Origin: Octopus vulgaris | Taxonomy: Eukaryota | Reading direction: 5' to 3' | Assembly (NCBI GenBank): GCA_951406725.2 | Contig: OX597818.1 | Coordinates: forward strand, 99,634,001 to 99,698,000 | DNA: 64,000 bases | In this document: one piece after another, positions 1 through 14,960 of the stretch | How the letters are laid out: each line of letters begins with the position of its first letter | How positions within the stretch are numbered: the first letter of the stretch is position 1 | The notes under the pieces: generated by a model | Databases searched by the model: none | What the model saw: only the letters and a program-made list of their open reading frames with translations | What the model was told of the DNA's origin: nothing | Position numbers and translations under genes: made by a program

Positions 1-360
1 GAAGCTAAAAAAAAAAAAAAATAAAGTCCCAAATATTACAATAAAAGATTTTAGAATCTGAATAAACAGAATTAAAAAGTCTTTAAAAATTTCATGTACT
101 TTTAAAGCATAAATTGTTGTTTAGTTTGATAAGTTTGTGTAACAAGAATATTATCTTCACAATTTTCTGTTTTTTTAAAAAACATAAATGTTTCTTTGTA
201 ATCTACCGTCGTTATCAGGAGTTGGCATGGAATGTAGAGCGGAGCTTTTAAACGGCAAACAGAAAAAGATGCTGGTATATCATAGGTTATTCTCATAAAT
301 AGAAATGATTCTTTTATCGTATAAATTCACCCCACTTATTGAATTATATGAATGATATCT

Positions 361-633
361 TTATATATATATATATCTGTATATATATATATATATACAT
401 ATATGTATGTATACATATATATATATATATATACATACAGATATATATATATATACATACATATATATACATATATATGTACGCATATACATATATATAT
501 ATATGTGTGTGTGTGTATGTGTCTGTATGCATACACACATGCATGCACACACACTCAAACACAAACGCACAAAGAAACACTCAAGCGCAAGACCGCACAC
601 ACACACACACACACACACACTCTCTCTCTCTCT
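361..633. repeat. Compound (TA)n/(TG)n/(CA)n/(CT)n microsatellite
   Basis: Dinucleotide runs read directly; source of the YI/HT-repeat ORFs. Confidence 0.95.
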
Positions 634-2644
634 AAAGGGCGAGGAGTAAATGTAGAAACAACGAATTTTCTTGAGTAAATTTGATCTCTCGAAAGCTTAC
701 TTGTTAGATAAATACTTTATCCCTCGGTCATTTACTCCTCAAAATCTTATAAACCCTATTTTGAGAATGCAGAAGACCAGGAGTTATAGGATTGAATTGA
801 CATTGTGATCATACAGATACTTATCTTATCGAATAAATCTATCTTCAAAAAGATGAAAATATACCGGAGTAAAGTGAGATTTGAAACGAGGACAAAATCA
901 ATTCCACCCGTACTCTATCGCCCCTAAGTACTGACCCTATAACCATTATAATTTGTCGATTTGTGTTTTGATGATAAACCCGACAAATTTTCACTGGAGT
1001 CGATTAAATAAATTTCAGTCTATTACTCTTCCAGTAGAATAGATTGGCCTTTCAGGGATATTAACTAATAAATGATCTATCTTCGTGATATTTTCACCAG
1101 AACAGTTCTTACGAATGGGAAACTACGACGTGTAGTATTAATTATCTTTCTTTAAAATGCATTCATATATTCACACATTCGTCTGCTGTAGCTCTGAAAT
1201 CACTAATCATTAACTAGTGGTCCAATACTTACTTAATCCAATCAGCCATTTCACTTCTGTGTAATCTAATAAGACTTCCCTACTTTTTCTAACACTTAAA
1301 TCATTTCATCACATCAGAACACATTATATACTTCAATCACAGCTATCCGGTATCCTTTAATGCAACACGAACTAAATACTGCTATTACAACAGCTTGAGA
1401 CATCCTTAATTATCTTAAGTATTCACCAATGAACTATGAATACAATGTATTAAAGCATGTGGGTGAGGTCGTTGATGAGGTTGTGTGCGGGGCCATACAA
1501 CTTACAATGTTTAGTTGCATCTCCTTGGATTCTGAATTACGTCAAAATTTTACGTTTCATCCAAAGTGGTCGGCAGAATAATACAATAATGATTTAGTCA
1601 TAGTAAGCATACCGGTATTCATGGCCCATTTTAGGGTTTATAAGAGTAGTGAGAGGAGGGGAGGTAAGTATTTAACACAGAGAGTTGACCCATGTACCTT
1701 TAATAGAAGGGACTCTACTAAAGGCACCCAAGGGCTAGGCGGTGGTTTGAAAGTGCATCAAATTATATTCTTACCAGTTTTAAATCTATTTATATTTAAC
1801 CTATTGGTTCCGAGAAAGGTTCCTTCGTTCATTCGTTTTAGAATTCATTTATCCATAATGTCAATGCTTCGAAGAAGTCTTAGCTGAAGCTGTACATTAG
1901 ACCTGATGCTCTTCCGGAAATATTGTTTTCGCTCTGATTTCAAATTACTTTTCCTGCCGAGTATGCTTTTCAGCGTTTTGGAAACGGTTAATACGATAAA
2001 ACAAGTACCGGTAAGATTAGAGCGTCACGATAATCTTTAAAGAATAACCTAGTTGTATTGTCAAAACAATGATTATACTGTAGCAAAACTATAATGTCAA
2101 GTATGATACATACTTTTGTATTTTACCAAATATGTTACAGTGAACTATATTCAAACTATCTAATGGATTTAACTAAAAAAGAAACAACTAAAAAGTCATG
2201 TGACAGCCTTGTTGTTTGTTGATTAGTCATCCAGAATGACTTCAGAAAAATGGCGGCCATAGAGATAAGTGAGCGACTTGTCAAAGGCTAAAATACATCA
2301 GTAAGTGACAGTGAATAGAAGCGGTCAGCCTGGGAGATCAAAGCAATAAGCTTTAAAGTTCAAAGAAACCAGTCATAGAGATCTAAAGATTCATCATTTC
2401 ATCGCTGACAGACAAACATAGAAATAGTTTTCGAGTATTTTGCCATTTTACTCGTAATATATTGTGTGAACACTGAAGAAATCTATTTGAAAGTTTCCCG
2501 TTCATGCTGTAGCTGTGTTTTGTTTTTGTTTGTTGTTGGTGATGGTGTCAGTAGTGTTAAAGAATATGATGGTGAAGGTGGTGATGATTAATAGATAATG
2601 GATAATAACGTCAACAAATAAAGTGTGTAGTTACAACGATAAAG

Positions 2645-2786
2645 AATGCTGCTGCTACTGCTGCTAAGGATAATAGTGATTATGATAAAGATGATGACTG
2701 ATGATGATGATGATGATGACGATAACCGTGATGATGATGATGATGATGATGATGATGGCTTAATATGACGATAGTGATGATGTTGG

Positions 2787-2828
<42 letters not shown>

Positions 2829-3255
2829 GGATGATGAGGATGAGGATTGTGATGATGATGATGAGGATGAGGAGGAGGATGATGATGACGAGGATGATGA
2901 TGAGGACGATGATGATGACGATGACCGTGATGATGATGGCTTAATATTACGATAGTGATGATGGTGATGATGATGAGGATGAGGATGAGGAAGAGGATTG
3001 CGATGATGATGATGATGAGGAGGAGGAGGAGGAGGTTTTCGATGATGATGATGATGGGGAGGAGGATGAGGTTTGCGATGATGATGTTGATGATGATGAT
3101 GATGATAATGACGACGACGATGAACATGGTGAAGGCGGGGGATGATGTCGATGCTGTTAGGCGAGATGAAAATTATGTTTAATAATTGGTGCCTACTAGA
3201 GAAAATATCTCTAGGATGACGTATATGATGACGACGACGACGATGATGATGATGA
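2645..3255. repeat. Long degenerate (GAT)n/(GAG)n trinucleotide microsatellite
   Basis: Runs of gat/gac/gag; gives the spurious poly-His/Ile/Met ORFs. Confidence 0.9.
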
Positions 3256-3859
3256 AAAATACAAATTAAACTCCATATAAATCACCACGAATACAATTTC
3301 GTTTGACTAAACACAAGGTCAATAATCGAAAAAGAGACACTGATAAGGTGAACAGGTGAACAGAAAACAATCCTCACCAATAAGGTTTGAGGTAGAGAGT
3401 AGAGGGACGATACAACATAAAGAAAATACTTGTTATTGTTGCAAGCTCCCTGACCTTTGAAATAATGCGCTATTGTTTTATGTATTGTTATAATGAGTTT
3501 TAATTTTCACTCATAAAACCTTTATAAGGTTTTATGTATAAAATTGAATTGTAAAATGAAAGGCAAAAAGGATGCTAGGTTCCTATTTTCTTCAACTTCA
3601 TCGATAATCGAAAGGAAATGAATCTTATCTCGGATTTCAAACTGATTTCAGACAAATATAAATATCAGTTTACGAATGGTGCATATCTCAGTCTTCTTGC
3701 TTTACTAAATATCAAAATAATATTTTCATGATGTTCGAAAATATTAAAAAGGAAAGTACATTAAACGTTTATTTTACTGAACTAATCTATACATCGACCT
3801 GACCTCATAATGAACAGAATAGAGGGGTTGAGATAGATAGGTAAATTGACCGAGTGAGT

Positions 3860-3909
<50 letters not shown>

Positions 3910-4752
3910 AGATGCAAGAAGACATTGACTGGAGAATAGGAGGAAAATAAGTCAACAAAAAATACTAGACATTATAAAGAGAGTGCGTCTTCAATGATAG
4001 GAAGAGGAGAGTAAGAAAAGAGATAGAAGAGTTGAAGATGAGATAAAAAGAGAAACAAGATGAGTGTTGGAGAGAAGATCAGAACATATCAAAGAGAGTC
4101 AAATGGAAGAATAAGAGTGGTGTAGTAATAAATGGATAGTCGATGGAAATGAGAGAAAGTATAGGTATGTGTAGCAAAAGGGAGAAGTGAAACGCCGAAA
4201 AAGGAAAACCCCATAATGAAAAAAAGAAAAAAAGAATAAGTAAAGAGACGAATGTAATAATTTGAAATTGTGTGCAAGGGTAGGGATTGTAGTTCGGTCG
4301 AAGGTAATCGATTTTAGTAGGTGTAAAATGTAAAGTTCGAGTCATTGTGTCTCGACGTATATAACCTGGTTTTTATTTTTAGGACGGCAGAAAGAAGAAA
4401 AGCAAAAAAACAAAAAAAAGAATAAAAAACAAATACAGAAATGAAATCAACAAAATAAATATTATAACAAAAAAATTAGTTCAGTGGCTCCAGTTATTTT
4501 CACCGTAGATATTCTGTAAAACAAAAATAATATTCTCAAAATTAGATAAGTACCAGTATTGATGCGTTTAAGCTTCGTGGCGTTGGATGGGTGCTCTTTG
4601 CCAAGTCACTCTGTATCAATTCGCTTTTAGATTCTGATTCATTGTAAATTATCTCAACGATAGAAAAAAAAAAACATTTTGGCAACTCATTTATATCCTG
4701 TAATTTCGAATACTATTTATATAGATTGCGTGATTCTGCTTCAGTTGCACGC

Positions 4753-5751
4753 ATGCGTTTGATGTACATTTACTATCACCTATTACTAAGACTAGAAGGC
4801 AACAACTGGCGAAAGTACCAGAAAGCTTAATTTGCAATAAATATTTACCATGTTCATTATGTGAACTATTTATTGTTTTGCACAAACTGAGCAACGAATA
4901 AAGGATTGTCTATTTAAAACTAGTAATATCTATTAATAGGTTACTACAATTATTATATGTGGAGGTGCAATGGCCCAGTGGTTAGGGCAGCGGACTCGCA
5001 GTCTTAGGATTGCAGTTTCGATTCCCAGACCGGGCGTTGTGAGTGTTTATTGAGCGAAAACACCTAAAGCTCCACGAGGCTCCGGCAGGGGGTGGTGGCG
5101 ATCCCTGCTGTACTCTTTCGCCACAACTTTCTCTCACTCTTTCTTCTGTTGGCCTACCCCCTTAGCCAGCGGGGTGGCGTCATTTGAAGGCTGAAGCAAT
5201 GCGAAGCGCATTGTATAGCAACATCTGATAGCCTGGTCGGTCGCAGTCACAGTGACAATTATTATATTAGTGGTTACAGTTATTTGATGTGCCATTTTTT
5301 CAATATCTTCTTATATAAGACATGGGAACCCTGCATCAAGCTTGCACTGTAAAAAGCTGACTGAGACATATATACTTAACACTTATATTTGTCTTATCTA
5401 CTAAGTTTGAGAAAGCTGACTTTGATATCTACATTTATATATGTAGTAATATTTCGTTTTTGGAAATAGTCAAGACTATTGAAAAAGTTGCAAGACGAAA
5501 ATTTTAGGAAAATAAAATTAAGAAATAAGTGGAAATTTTACCGGTGAGTGTGTTAAATTATAAGGCACAAAAAGAAAATGACTCTCCCTAGACACAACAG
5601 AATATGCAGTAATACTTATAGAAAAACCACACACACACGCACACGCACTCGCACGAACGCACATGTATGTGTGTAAGTATATGTCTGTCTTCTATCTATC
5701 TATCAATCTATCTGCCTGCCAGCCTGCCTGCCTGCCTGCCTGCCTTCCTGC

Positions 5752-5812
<61 letters not shown>

Positions 5813-5874
5813 AGTTTATGGGCATCTAATGCATTTGATGTACATTTACTATCACCTATTACTAAGACTAGAAG
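4753..5874 (+). repeat. 46-bp direct repeat pair (4753-4798 and 5829-5874)
   Basis: atgc(g/a)tttgatgtacatttactatcacctattactaagactagaag occurs twice with one mismatch, 1076 bp apart. Confidence 0.9.
4959..5254 (+). mobile_element. tRNA-derived SINE, family A, tail type 1, with 13-bp TSD
   Basis: Pol III A-box-like TGGCCCAGTGG and B-box-like GTTTCGATTCC; head and body shared with 19342 and 52586; TSD acaattattatat at 4946-4958 and 5255-5267. Confidence 0.92.
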
Positions 5875-6362
5875 TCTCAGAGGTAGCCAAAGAAATCAAC
5901 ATGAATCAGCAGCAGCGGCAACAGCAACTGTATAAGTTGTAGGTGTAATGTTAGTTGTAGTAATAGTTGTTTTAGTTGTAGTAGAGGTGGTAATGGTGAT
6001 TTGGAGCATAATCACAAGGACTTAAGTCACCTTCTACAATTAACTGGTGTGTTATTTTACTGAGCCTGAAAAAAGAGGAAACTCAAAATTGACCCTGGCA
6101 GGGATGGGAGCAGAAATTTACATTTCATGACACGATCTCAGGATTCTGTCACCCCACTACTACTATTACTACTACTACTGATAATAATAATAATGCCCTG
6201 ATGTAGTACCAGGTAGTGGCTCTCGTGGCTTCTAATCTTAACTGATTGGAAGTGTTATCATGTACATGTTTTGTCTTGGTATGAAAATATGGTCTACAGA
6301 ATGTATTCTGCTCAATAACTCACTGAATTCCTCAATCAAAGGAGCACTGGCTTTTGTGACAT

Positions 6363-6807
6363 TCTTTTACTTGCTTCAGTTATTTGACAGCGACCATGCT
6401 GGGGCACTGCTTTTAGTCGAGCAAATCGACCCCCAGGACTTATTCTTTGTAAGCCTAGTACTTATTCTATCAGTCTCTTTTGCTGAACCGCTAAGTTGCG
6501 GGGACGTAAACACACCAGCAGCGGTAATCAAGTAATGTTGGGGTGGGGGTGGGTTCATAGACACAAACACACACACATATATACGACGGGCTTCATTCAG
6601 TTTCCGTCTACCAAATCCACTCATAAGGCTTTGGTCAGCCCGAGGCTATAGTAGAAGACACTTGTCGAAGGTGCCTAGCAGTGGGATTGAACCCGGAACC
6701 ATGTGGTTCATTTGCCATAGAGGCAGTGCAAAGATGGGTAGCTTTGCGGGCTGGACAAGACATTGATGAGGCGAATGACTTACTACACATCGACATCTGC
6801 GCCTGTA
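6363..6807 (-). mobile_element. SINE family B (CORE-like tRNA-derived SINE), head interrupted by about 90 bp of foreign sequence (6709-6796)
   Basis: Aligns by eye to copies at 16079, 31956, 42416, 53318; family motif ccttgggcaagtgtctt resembles the CORE block; head remnant ctgcgcctg at 6797-6805. Confidence 0.85.
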
Positions 6808-7177
6808 TACCAAAGACACTTTTTTTTCTGGTTGTGACATACACACAGCGATTATTTCGGGCTCAACACGCTAGCAAAACAGTTTATCGGTTTTTAATTA
6901 GTTATTTTGTTTTTTAAGTGGGACGAACCACATTTGTGTCAGTAGCCTTCTGCAGCTTTCCAATGAAAATTAAGCATAGAAATATTCTAAACAGTATATG
7001 AAGGTAAAAAATTATGGGAAAAAAGAACAGGAAAAGAATCTTTAGCTTTCTATGTAACGACTCTGTACAAACACAACACAAATACATACGCATTCGCAAA
7101 ACAAACTTTCAAACTGGAATTAGCCGCACACTTTTGCAGAAACTTAGCAGCTCATAAAAACGTGTCTGTTGCAAGCA

Positions 7178-7316
<139 letters not shown>

Positions 7317-7920
7317 TAACAACAACAACAACCACAAGAACAAAAACAAGAACAACAACTACAATATTCTTTTGAGGCTGCTGTTTGTTGCTTAACCCCA
7401 GTCAACGGTCTTTCAACAAAAGTTGCAAAGTTTCCATTGTGCCTCATTTCCATTCAAAGAAACCGTAAAATTCTTGTTTAGATTATTTATTTATTTATTT
7501 TTATTTGCAGTAGCGGTTTGTGCGTGAGAAGCATAAAGTCAAGTGAATTGTGGTGTAGAACGATGTGAAAGAAGAAAAATAAAATAATGAGAAAAGAAAA
7601 GAAAGCGAAGTAAAATGGAAGAAGAAAGACGAAAATATAAATATTCTTAGACCTAATGTAGCAAAGAATCGCGAAAAAAAAAAAAGAAAAAAAAAAGAAA
7701 TAGAAGAAGGATGAGAAAGGGAAATAACAATAAGCCGAAAAAAGAAAAGAAGACAATGAATTCGTTTGATGGTCAGAAAAATTGGTTCGATTCGACCTCA
7801 GCGACAGCTGTTTCTTATTACAAAGGCAAATGCGACTGTTTTATTGGTATTTCATACTAAGCAACACGGAATTGACAATAGGAAGAGAGCCAGAGACACC
7901 AAAAGTGAATGTAAACACTG

Positions 7921-7972
<52 letters not shown>

Positions 7973-8020
7973 GTTTTATATATACATATGGGTTATATGT
8001 ATATATATATACTTATGTGC

Positions 8021-8056
<36 letters not shown>

Positions 8057-8150
8057 CATATATATACATATACATACATATATATATGTGCATACATATA
8101 TATATATCTGACTATATATCAGTTGATGTCTTTCTCTCTCGCTCTCTCCG

Positions 8151-8216
<66 letters not shown>

Positions 8217-8230
8217 TATAAATATATATA

Positions 8231-8413
8231 GAGCGGCGAGCTGGGAGAAATGCTTACTGGTATTTCGCTTATCTTTACGTTCTGAGTTCAATTTCTGACG
8301 AGGTCAACTTTGCCTTTCGTCCTTTCGGGGTCGATAAATTAACTACCAGTTGCGTACTGGGATCGATCCAATCGACTGGTCTCCTCCCCGAAAACTTCGG
8401 TCCTTGTGCCTAG

Positions 8414-8414
<1 letters not shown>
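8231..8414 (+). mobile_element. SINE family C (short-tail form) between (TA)n tracts
   Basis: gcggcgagctgg head, gagttcaatttc B-box-like, central block ctttgcctttcgtcctttcggggtcgataaat, tail ccttgtgcctaga. Confidence 0.88.
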
Positions 8415-8462
<48 letters not shown>

Positions 8463-8547
8463 GCAGACATATATAAATTTACACACATACCAACCTATCT
8501 CTCCCTTTTTCTGTATGTCTATACATGAGTGTGTATGCGAGATAGAT

Positions 8548-8595
<48 letters not shown>

Positions 8596-11094
8596 AAAGA
8601 AAGAACATGAATACAAGCTGACTGTCTATACGCAGGCTCAGAGTTTCATAGTGGAAACATGATGCACTTCAGAATCACACCCGGTTTCACACTGGCACGA
8701 TAAACCTTCTGAGAACTACTGAGCCTCTACGCTTTCATCTTGGTTTACACATTACATTGGATTGAATATTTTGTATAGACTAACACTACCATAAACACAT
8801 ACGTATTCACACACACACACATATACATTCGAACATACATCCCCACATAGACATGCATAAACACGCACGTGCACATACATGTAAAATATGGAAAATGTAT
8901 ATGAATATATATATGGTATTTTTTCATAAGTTTAAGTTCTTTTTTGCAAGGCGATATAAACTTACATGAAATTCTTGATTCATGAGATTATCTCCCTTTC
9001 TCATACGGAACTGCTCTTGATTGTCATTTTGGTAATTAAGTCGCATTCTCCAGAGGCGGAGAAAATGATCAAAAATCTAGAATTCCTCTTGTATTGTATT
9101 TGATATACTGTATATGTCTATATTATTCAAATATATGCCAGTGACTACTCTGTGATATTTCTGTTGGCTCAAGCTTAATTAAATTAAGTACACATACACT
9201 CACCCAGATAATGGGTTAAGTATTATGAGAAATATGCGTTTGCTGATATATAAATGCAATATATAACGATATATACATAAGTATGCACAACGATGTTGTT
9301 TATGCCATTAATCCAATTCCACAAGATAATGCTCTAAGTGTTGAATCATTTAAATTATTCGATTGCATAAAAAACCCGACCTCCGAATTGTATATTTGGC
9401 AAATATTTCAGAGCCATTATTCAATTGCAAGATTATGTCAAAATAAATGTGAATATGATACTCTGCTCAGAACATTTGTACGTAATATTAAAATCGAACT
9501 GGCTTCTCCAAGCAGTAGAAAACTTTTTAATTGCCATGTTTGTAGATGTGTAGCACTACGTTCTTAGAATTTGCTCATCTTCAGTGGCAGTGTCGCTATT
9601 AAAGCGACCAATGACTTAAAATCGTACTTGTAATATGGAGGTCGCACATTTATATTACATTGCCCGACATAATTGTGTCACTGAGAATATATGCCGACGT
9701 ATTTGCTTATAAGTCATAAGTGGTAACATGCTGTTTGTATCAAAAGAGTTTTAGAAACTTCGACAGATATGACATAAAACATTTAGAAACTAGAAATTCT
9801 AGCCTATATTCTCAAATGATACCCTATAATCTTCACAAAGAGTGACATTGTTTAATGAAGCCTTATATAATATTAAAATATAGGATGGTCATACTTGAAT
9901 CCAAGCTGGTAGGTCTGCTGGCTTTGTATTAACGATAACATAATCAACAATACAGTATCTCGTGTTGAATTGCATTTCACTCTCGACATTCAATGAAAAT
10001 TCTTTAGGTATTCGAATCCAGAAACTATCTATGTATATTGAGAATCCCATCAATTATAAACCATGGCTGGCTTTAAAATTAAAAGAAAGAAAATATCTAT
10101 AATAAAATTGAAGCATTCCCTTCCACCGTTCAAAGAGTTATTTCCAATATATTCCTCCTGGACGTTCATTTTATAGAGGTTTCACAAATCGTATATCTTA
10201 ATGCCATCTTTCCTATGTTACTTATTTGTGAATGATCTCATTTTCAGTTGTTCTTTCAATCTATTATTTCTTCTTTTATGTTTCTCGTTTTCGGATATCA
10301 ATAGCACACAGTATCTTGCAAAATAGCTCCAGAAAATGTTATCTTCTGCTTAGAAAAGTTAACTAGAATATTCTTCTTATTTCGGAAGTTTCACTAGGAA
10401 AGCTTTTTTTGGCTATAGTAATATATAGATTTTAAACAATACACGTCTGTCTAATTTTATCATTTTGGCTAATGAAACTGACCGATTGACACAACAGAGT
10501 AATATATAAGCACACAGCAATCATACAGTTATTTCTGTAGGCTTACATATACACACACATAAGCACACACACACACATATACACGCAAACACGTATTTAT
10601 TACACACACAATGCCAAAGTAGATCATATGACACATTACTATTCATTCGGTTCGCTTTCTTAACATAAGAAAATATATCTTATTTATTTATTCATTCATT
10701 CGTCTGACAATTTCGAGGCGTCCATTACAAGTAACATTGAAAACAATAAAAATAATGCAATATAATTTTTAAAATGAAGACCAATAAAAAGTATAATGAT
10801 TACCAAAAAACAAAACCAAAAAAAGAAACAAACAGACGATAAAACCCACAACAACAACAACTGTAACTGCTATGTGAATGGTAATTACAACAATACAGGA
10901 ATAAATATCTGTTATAGTTTATATCGCGAACTTATTAAACGTATAAAAGCGGCCGCAGTGTCACAATAAAGTTGTTATCAAAATCTCTATACCGTTTTTC
11001 ACGGCAATCATTGGCCAATTGAATTGATTTATTGAACTATACGCATATAAACTCAGCCACTGAAGAACACACCCATACACACACACACACAGAC

Positions 11095-11175
<81 letters not shown>

Positions 11176-11306
11176 CACTCTGAAGCAAATATAAATATGC
11201 GTCAATGATTGTCTGCAAACACGTATATGTATGTGTGTACGTATGTATATGTTTGTATAAATTCATACATACGCACAAATACAGACACATAAATATATAC
11301 ATAGTA

Positions 11307-11352
<46 letters not shown>

Positions 11353-12234
11353 TTACAAAAAGACACATAAACATACTTGCATATACATACACAGACACAC
11401 ATATATACATTCATACACACACATATATCCTATGTATAATCTTACAAATACGCATGAAAAATCGCAAGAAAATATATGCCCTCTCTCTCTCTCTCTCTCT
11501 CTACACTCATAAACACACACACTAAAACATACGCACTAAAACTCATGCCATACAATTATACAACTAGACACCCATGCATATATAACATAATGGCCTTTAG
11601 CTTGACTCCAACGTTTTTGCCTTTTCATTTCTAATTCTTTCTTTCCTTTCATATTGTTTTTCTTATTTTTTCTTAGCGGTTTGTATTCTAGCGGTACCGA
11701 AGATTAGTTAGTCATAGTAGTATGCAATGCAGTTATGCTAACTCCAAGCTGGTCTACGTGGAAATGCAGTTAGACCTCGGAGGATAAAACATTGTTTGCG
11801 AATGAAAGGTCTTGGTCTTAGCTCTCTTGGAATAATGTTTTATTTCTTTCTCTGTCCATTCTTTGATTCACTGAAGTCAGGAATCAACGATTTATATTAA
11901 CACAACCATCCAAACTAAATAAGAAATGATCGATGAAGGCCAAACCTGCAGAGAATGTTTATTGATGCTGTAGTTAGAAAAAGAAAAAAATATATATGAA
12001 AAGAGGAAAAAAAGAGATGGCTATTTCATTTCGTTTATTACAGCTCTGAGTAGAGTAAAGGACGTTCGTTGCTACACTTCTTCCCCGCTATCGTCCTTAT
12101 CAAAGTCAACAACATCGACATCCCCTACATCAATACCATCGCTCAAATAAAAAAAAAAAAATCAAATCATATCACCAACATCATAGCACTTACAGTAAGA
12201 AATCGATTTGCTAATTTATTGCCCCCGGCGCAAT

Positions 12235-12282
<48 letters not shown>

Positions 12283-12305
12283 TTAATAATAATAATAATA
12301 ATAAT

Positions 12306-12470
12306 GTGTTTTTTATCTTCCTCAAAGGCGACGTATGAGCAGACATTACAAGGACAAATTACAAAAGGAAAATGAAAGGAAAAAAAATAAAATAAAAGAA
12401 GGAAAAAACCGGATAGAGATTTCCATGCAATCGAATATGAGAGAAAAGGGCACGAGAACCAACAGTATTC
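12306..12470 (-). mobile_element. Possible decayed non-LTR retrotransposon 3' end with (ATT)n tail
   Basis: T-rich 3'UTR-like tract on the minus strand ending gataaaaaacac then (att)n at 12236-12305; no coding motif recognised. Confidence 0.3.
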
Positions 12471-13116
12471 AGAGAAATGAAATAAAATGTTTCAATATGA
12501 GAACAACTACCTAGGGTCAATCAGCAAAACCTTCAGATCCCTGATGACCTTAGCTGCAAAAAACAGTTATGATTATTGCTTTTTAAGCGTTATAATTCTA
12601 TATTTGGTATAATCTTGTCTTTAATAAAGTACTATTCTTAAATTAGAAATTCTGCTGAGATTCAAGGTTATCTAAAATCAAAAATATTTTGTCTTCAAAA
12701 TTTATGTGAAAATATACTCGTAGCATCCAGTTTTGGAGCAGAATGTAAATGTAAAATATATACAATGTATAAAAGCATATTCCTCTCCTGCCAATCTATA
12801 ACTTTTTTCTTCTTTTATTTGCATGACCTGACGAGTGAAAAGTTCCTTCTTTTATACACCATTATCATTTTTGTTATTTAGCGGTTTATAATTTTCGAGT
12901 GATGCATATTTTTGAGCACCGCAATATTTGTACATTTTATGCATCAAATGTAAAGTACACATTCCACTGTTGACGTTGGCCTGAATAATATGGTTTTATT
13001 GGTAGCGCTTGTCAACATCGTGTGGGAATGCAGAATCAGTCTGATATTATTATGGCTTTATTAAGAATTGGAGGTCGATGTCATCGACCAAATTCCTCAT
13101 CCAAACTCAGAAACAA

Positions 13117-13340
13117 TTCTTCTTCTTTTTCTTCTTCTACTTCTTCTTTTACTTCTTCTTTTTCTTCTTCTTTTTCTTCTTCTTCTTCTTCACCTTACTA
13201 CTACTATTACTAGTACTACTATTACAACTATTACTACTGCTACTGCTGCTGCTACTACTACCACTACTGCTGCTGCTTCCCCTCCTCCTCCTGCTACACT
13301 ACTACTACTACTACTGCTGCTGCTGCTCCTCCTGCTGCTA

Positions 13341-13390
<50 letters not shown>

Positions 13391-13412
13391 GAAGTAATAG
13401 TAGTAGCAATAG
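13117..13412. repeat. Compound (TTC)n/(CTA)n/(CTG)n microsatellite
   Basis: Trinucleotide runs read directly. Confidence 0.92.
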
Positions 13413-14354
13413 TAGTTTCAGTGGTTGTTATAGACATATTTTCCAATGATTTTATGCCATGCGTGGTGATGGTGAATGACAAAGACAGAAGTACGCCATA
13501 TTAAAAGAATTCAAAGTTAGAAGGGGGCTCTTTTCTTTTCTTTTTCTTATTTTAAAATCAGATTTAAAATCGATTTTATTTTTCTATTTCGACTTTGACC
13601 TTCATGGTTTGTAACTGGGCACAATCTATCTATTGAAAACATCAGAAGAACTCTCTGGCTCTTAGTCAACGAAAAATAAAACCATGAATAAATAAATAAA
13701 GATAGTGTCACCATCGTTACTATCAACGTAGGTATCATCATCATCTTCATAAGCAGTGTTGCATTCACCGACGAATGAATTTTTGCATCATTCGCTTCTG
13801 TCACATTACAAGCAATATTACTTACTAATCGCCATAGGCCTATATTTAAAAGCATCCAGACTTTGCTGGGTAGAAACACATTTTTTACATTTTTATTTTC
13901 GGTGAGTACCCTGATATAAAGAATTCATTACAAGCGAAACGTGTCTATCGCTTGAAACAAGCGTATCATTTTATATATATATAATTATACACAATAAATG
14001 TTTTTTTGTTTTTTTTTGCAGAAGGGGATATTTTCTAAGTGTTCTCTATCATTAACCTACAAGAAGAATTCTTGGTGATTATCGCTGCACATGTGGCTTT
14101 AGAGTAGTAAATTATCCTGATAATTCACTAGGTTGGTTGCTGGCACCGTCATTAACTGATATAGAGCTTATCAGTACTAAAAGGAAGCGATAATACGATG
14201 CATCTGAAAGCTTTTCGTGACCAATCTCCATAAACAGCTTTCTGAATAGATCTGTTCTACTAAATTAACTCGATTTTAAAACAACAATATCAACAGCCAC
14301 TGTGTGTGCTAGATATTAAGCAGAATAAAAGATGCGGAATGCAACAAAACGCGA

Positions 14355-14718
14355 GCACACACACACACATACCAAAGTATATATATATATGTATGTATAT
14401 ATATATATATATATATATATAGATATATATGTATGTATATGTGTATGTGTGTGTGTGTATATATATATAGACCTGTATGCACACACATGTATATACACAC
14501 AGTTAAACTCACACATATATACGTACGCATATGTATATATACATGCGTGTGTGTGCTAGTACGCATATATGTATATATATATATATATATACATATATAT
14601 ATTATATAGATACACATATATATATATACATAGACATATATGTATATATATATATACATATATATATTATATAGATACACACATATATAAATATATACAT
14701 ATGCATATATGTATATAC

Positions 14719-14769
<51 letters not shown>

Positions 14770-14816
14770 TATACATATATATATAAATGCATATACATAT
14801 ATATATGCATATACAT

Positions 14817-14847
<31 letters not shown>

Positions 14848-14960
14848 CATACATACATACCCACGCACACACACATATATATATATATATATATACATAT
14901 ATGCATACTAGCACACGTACACACATACATCATATATACGCACACAGATATATATCATAT
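14355..14960. repeat. Long degenerate (TA)n/(CA)n microsatellite field
   Basis: About 600 bp of alternating purine-pyrimidine sequence. Confidence 0.92.

Noticed and set aside
2588-3127. 179-aa His/Ile/Ser-rich ORF
   Set aside because: Translation of a (GAT)n microsatellite; no domain or splice context.
4959-5040. tRNA gene at SINE heads (also 17412, 19342, 52586)
   Set aside because: A/B boxes present but no complete cloverleaf, and each continues into a SINE body.
9283-9567. 94-aa non-repetitive ORF
   Set aside because: No recognisable motif; this length is expected by chance; BLASTx or RNA-seq would be needed.
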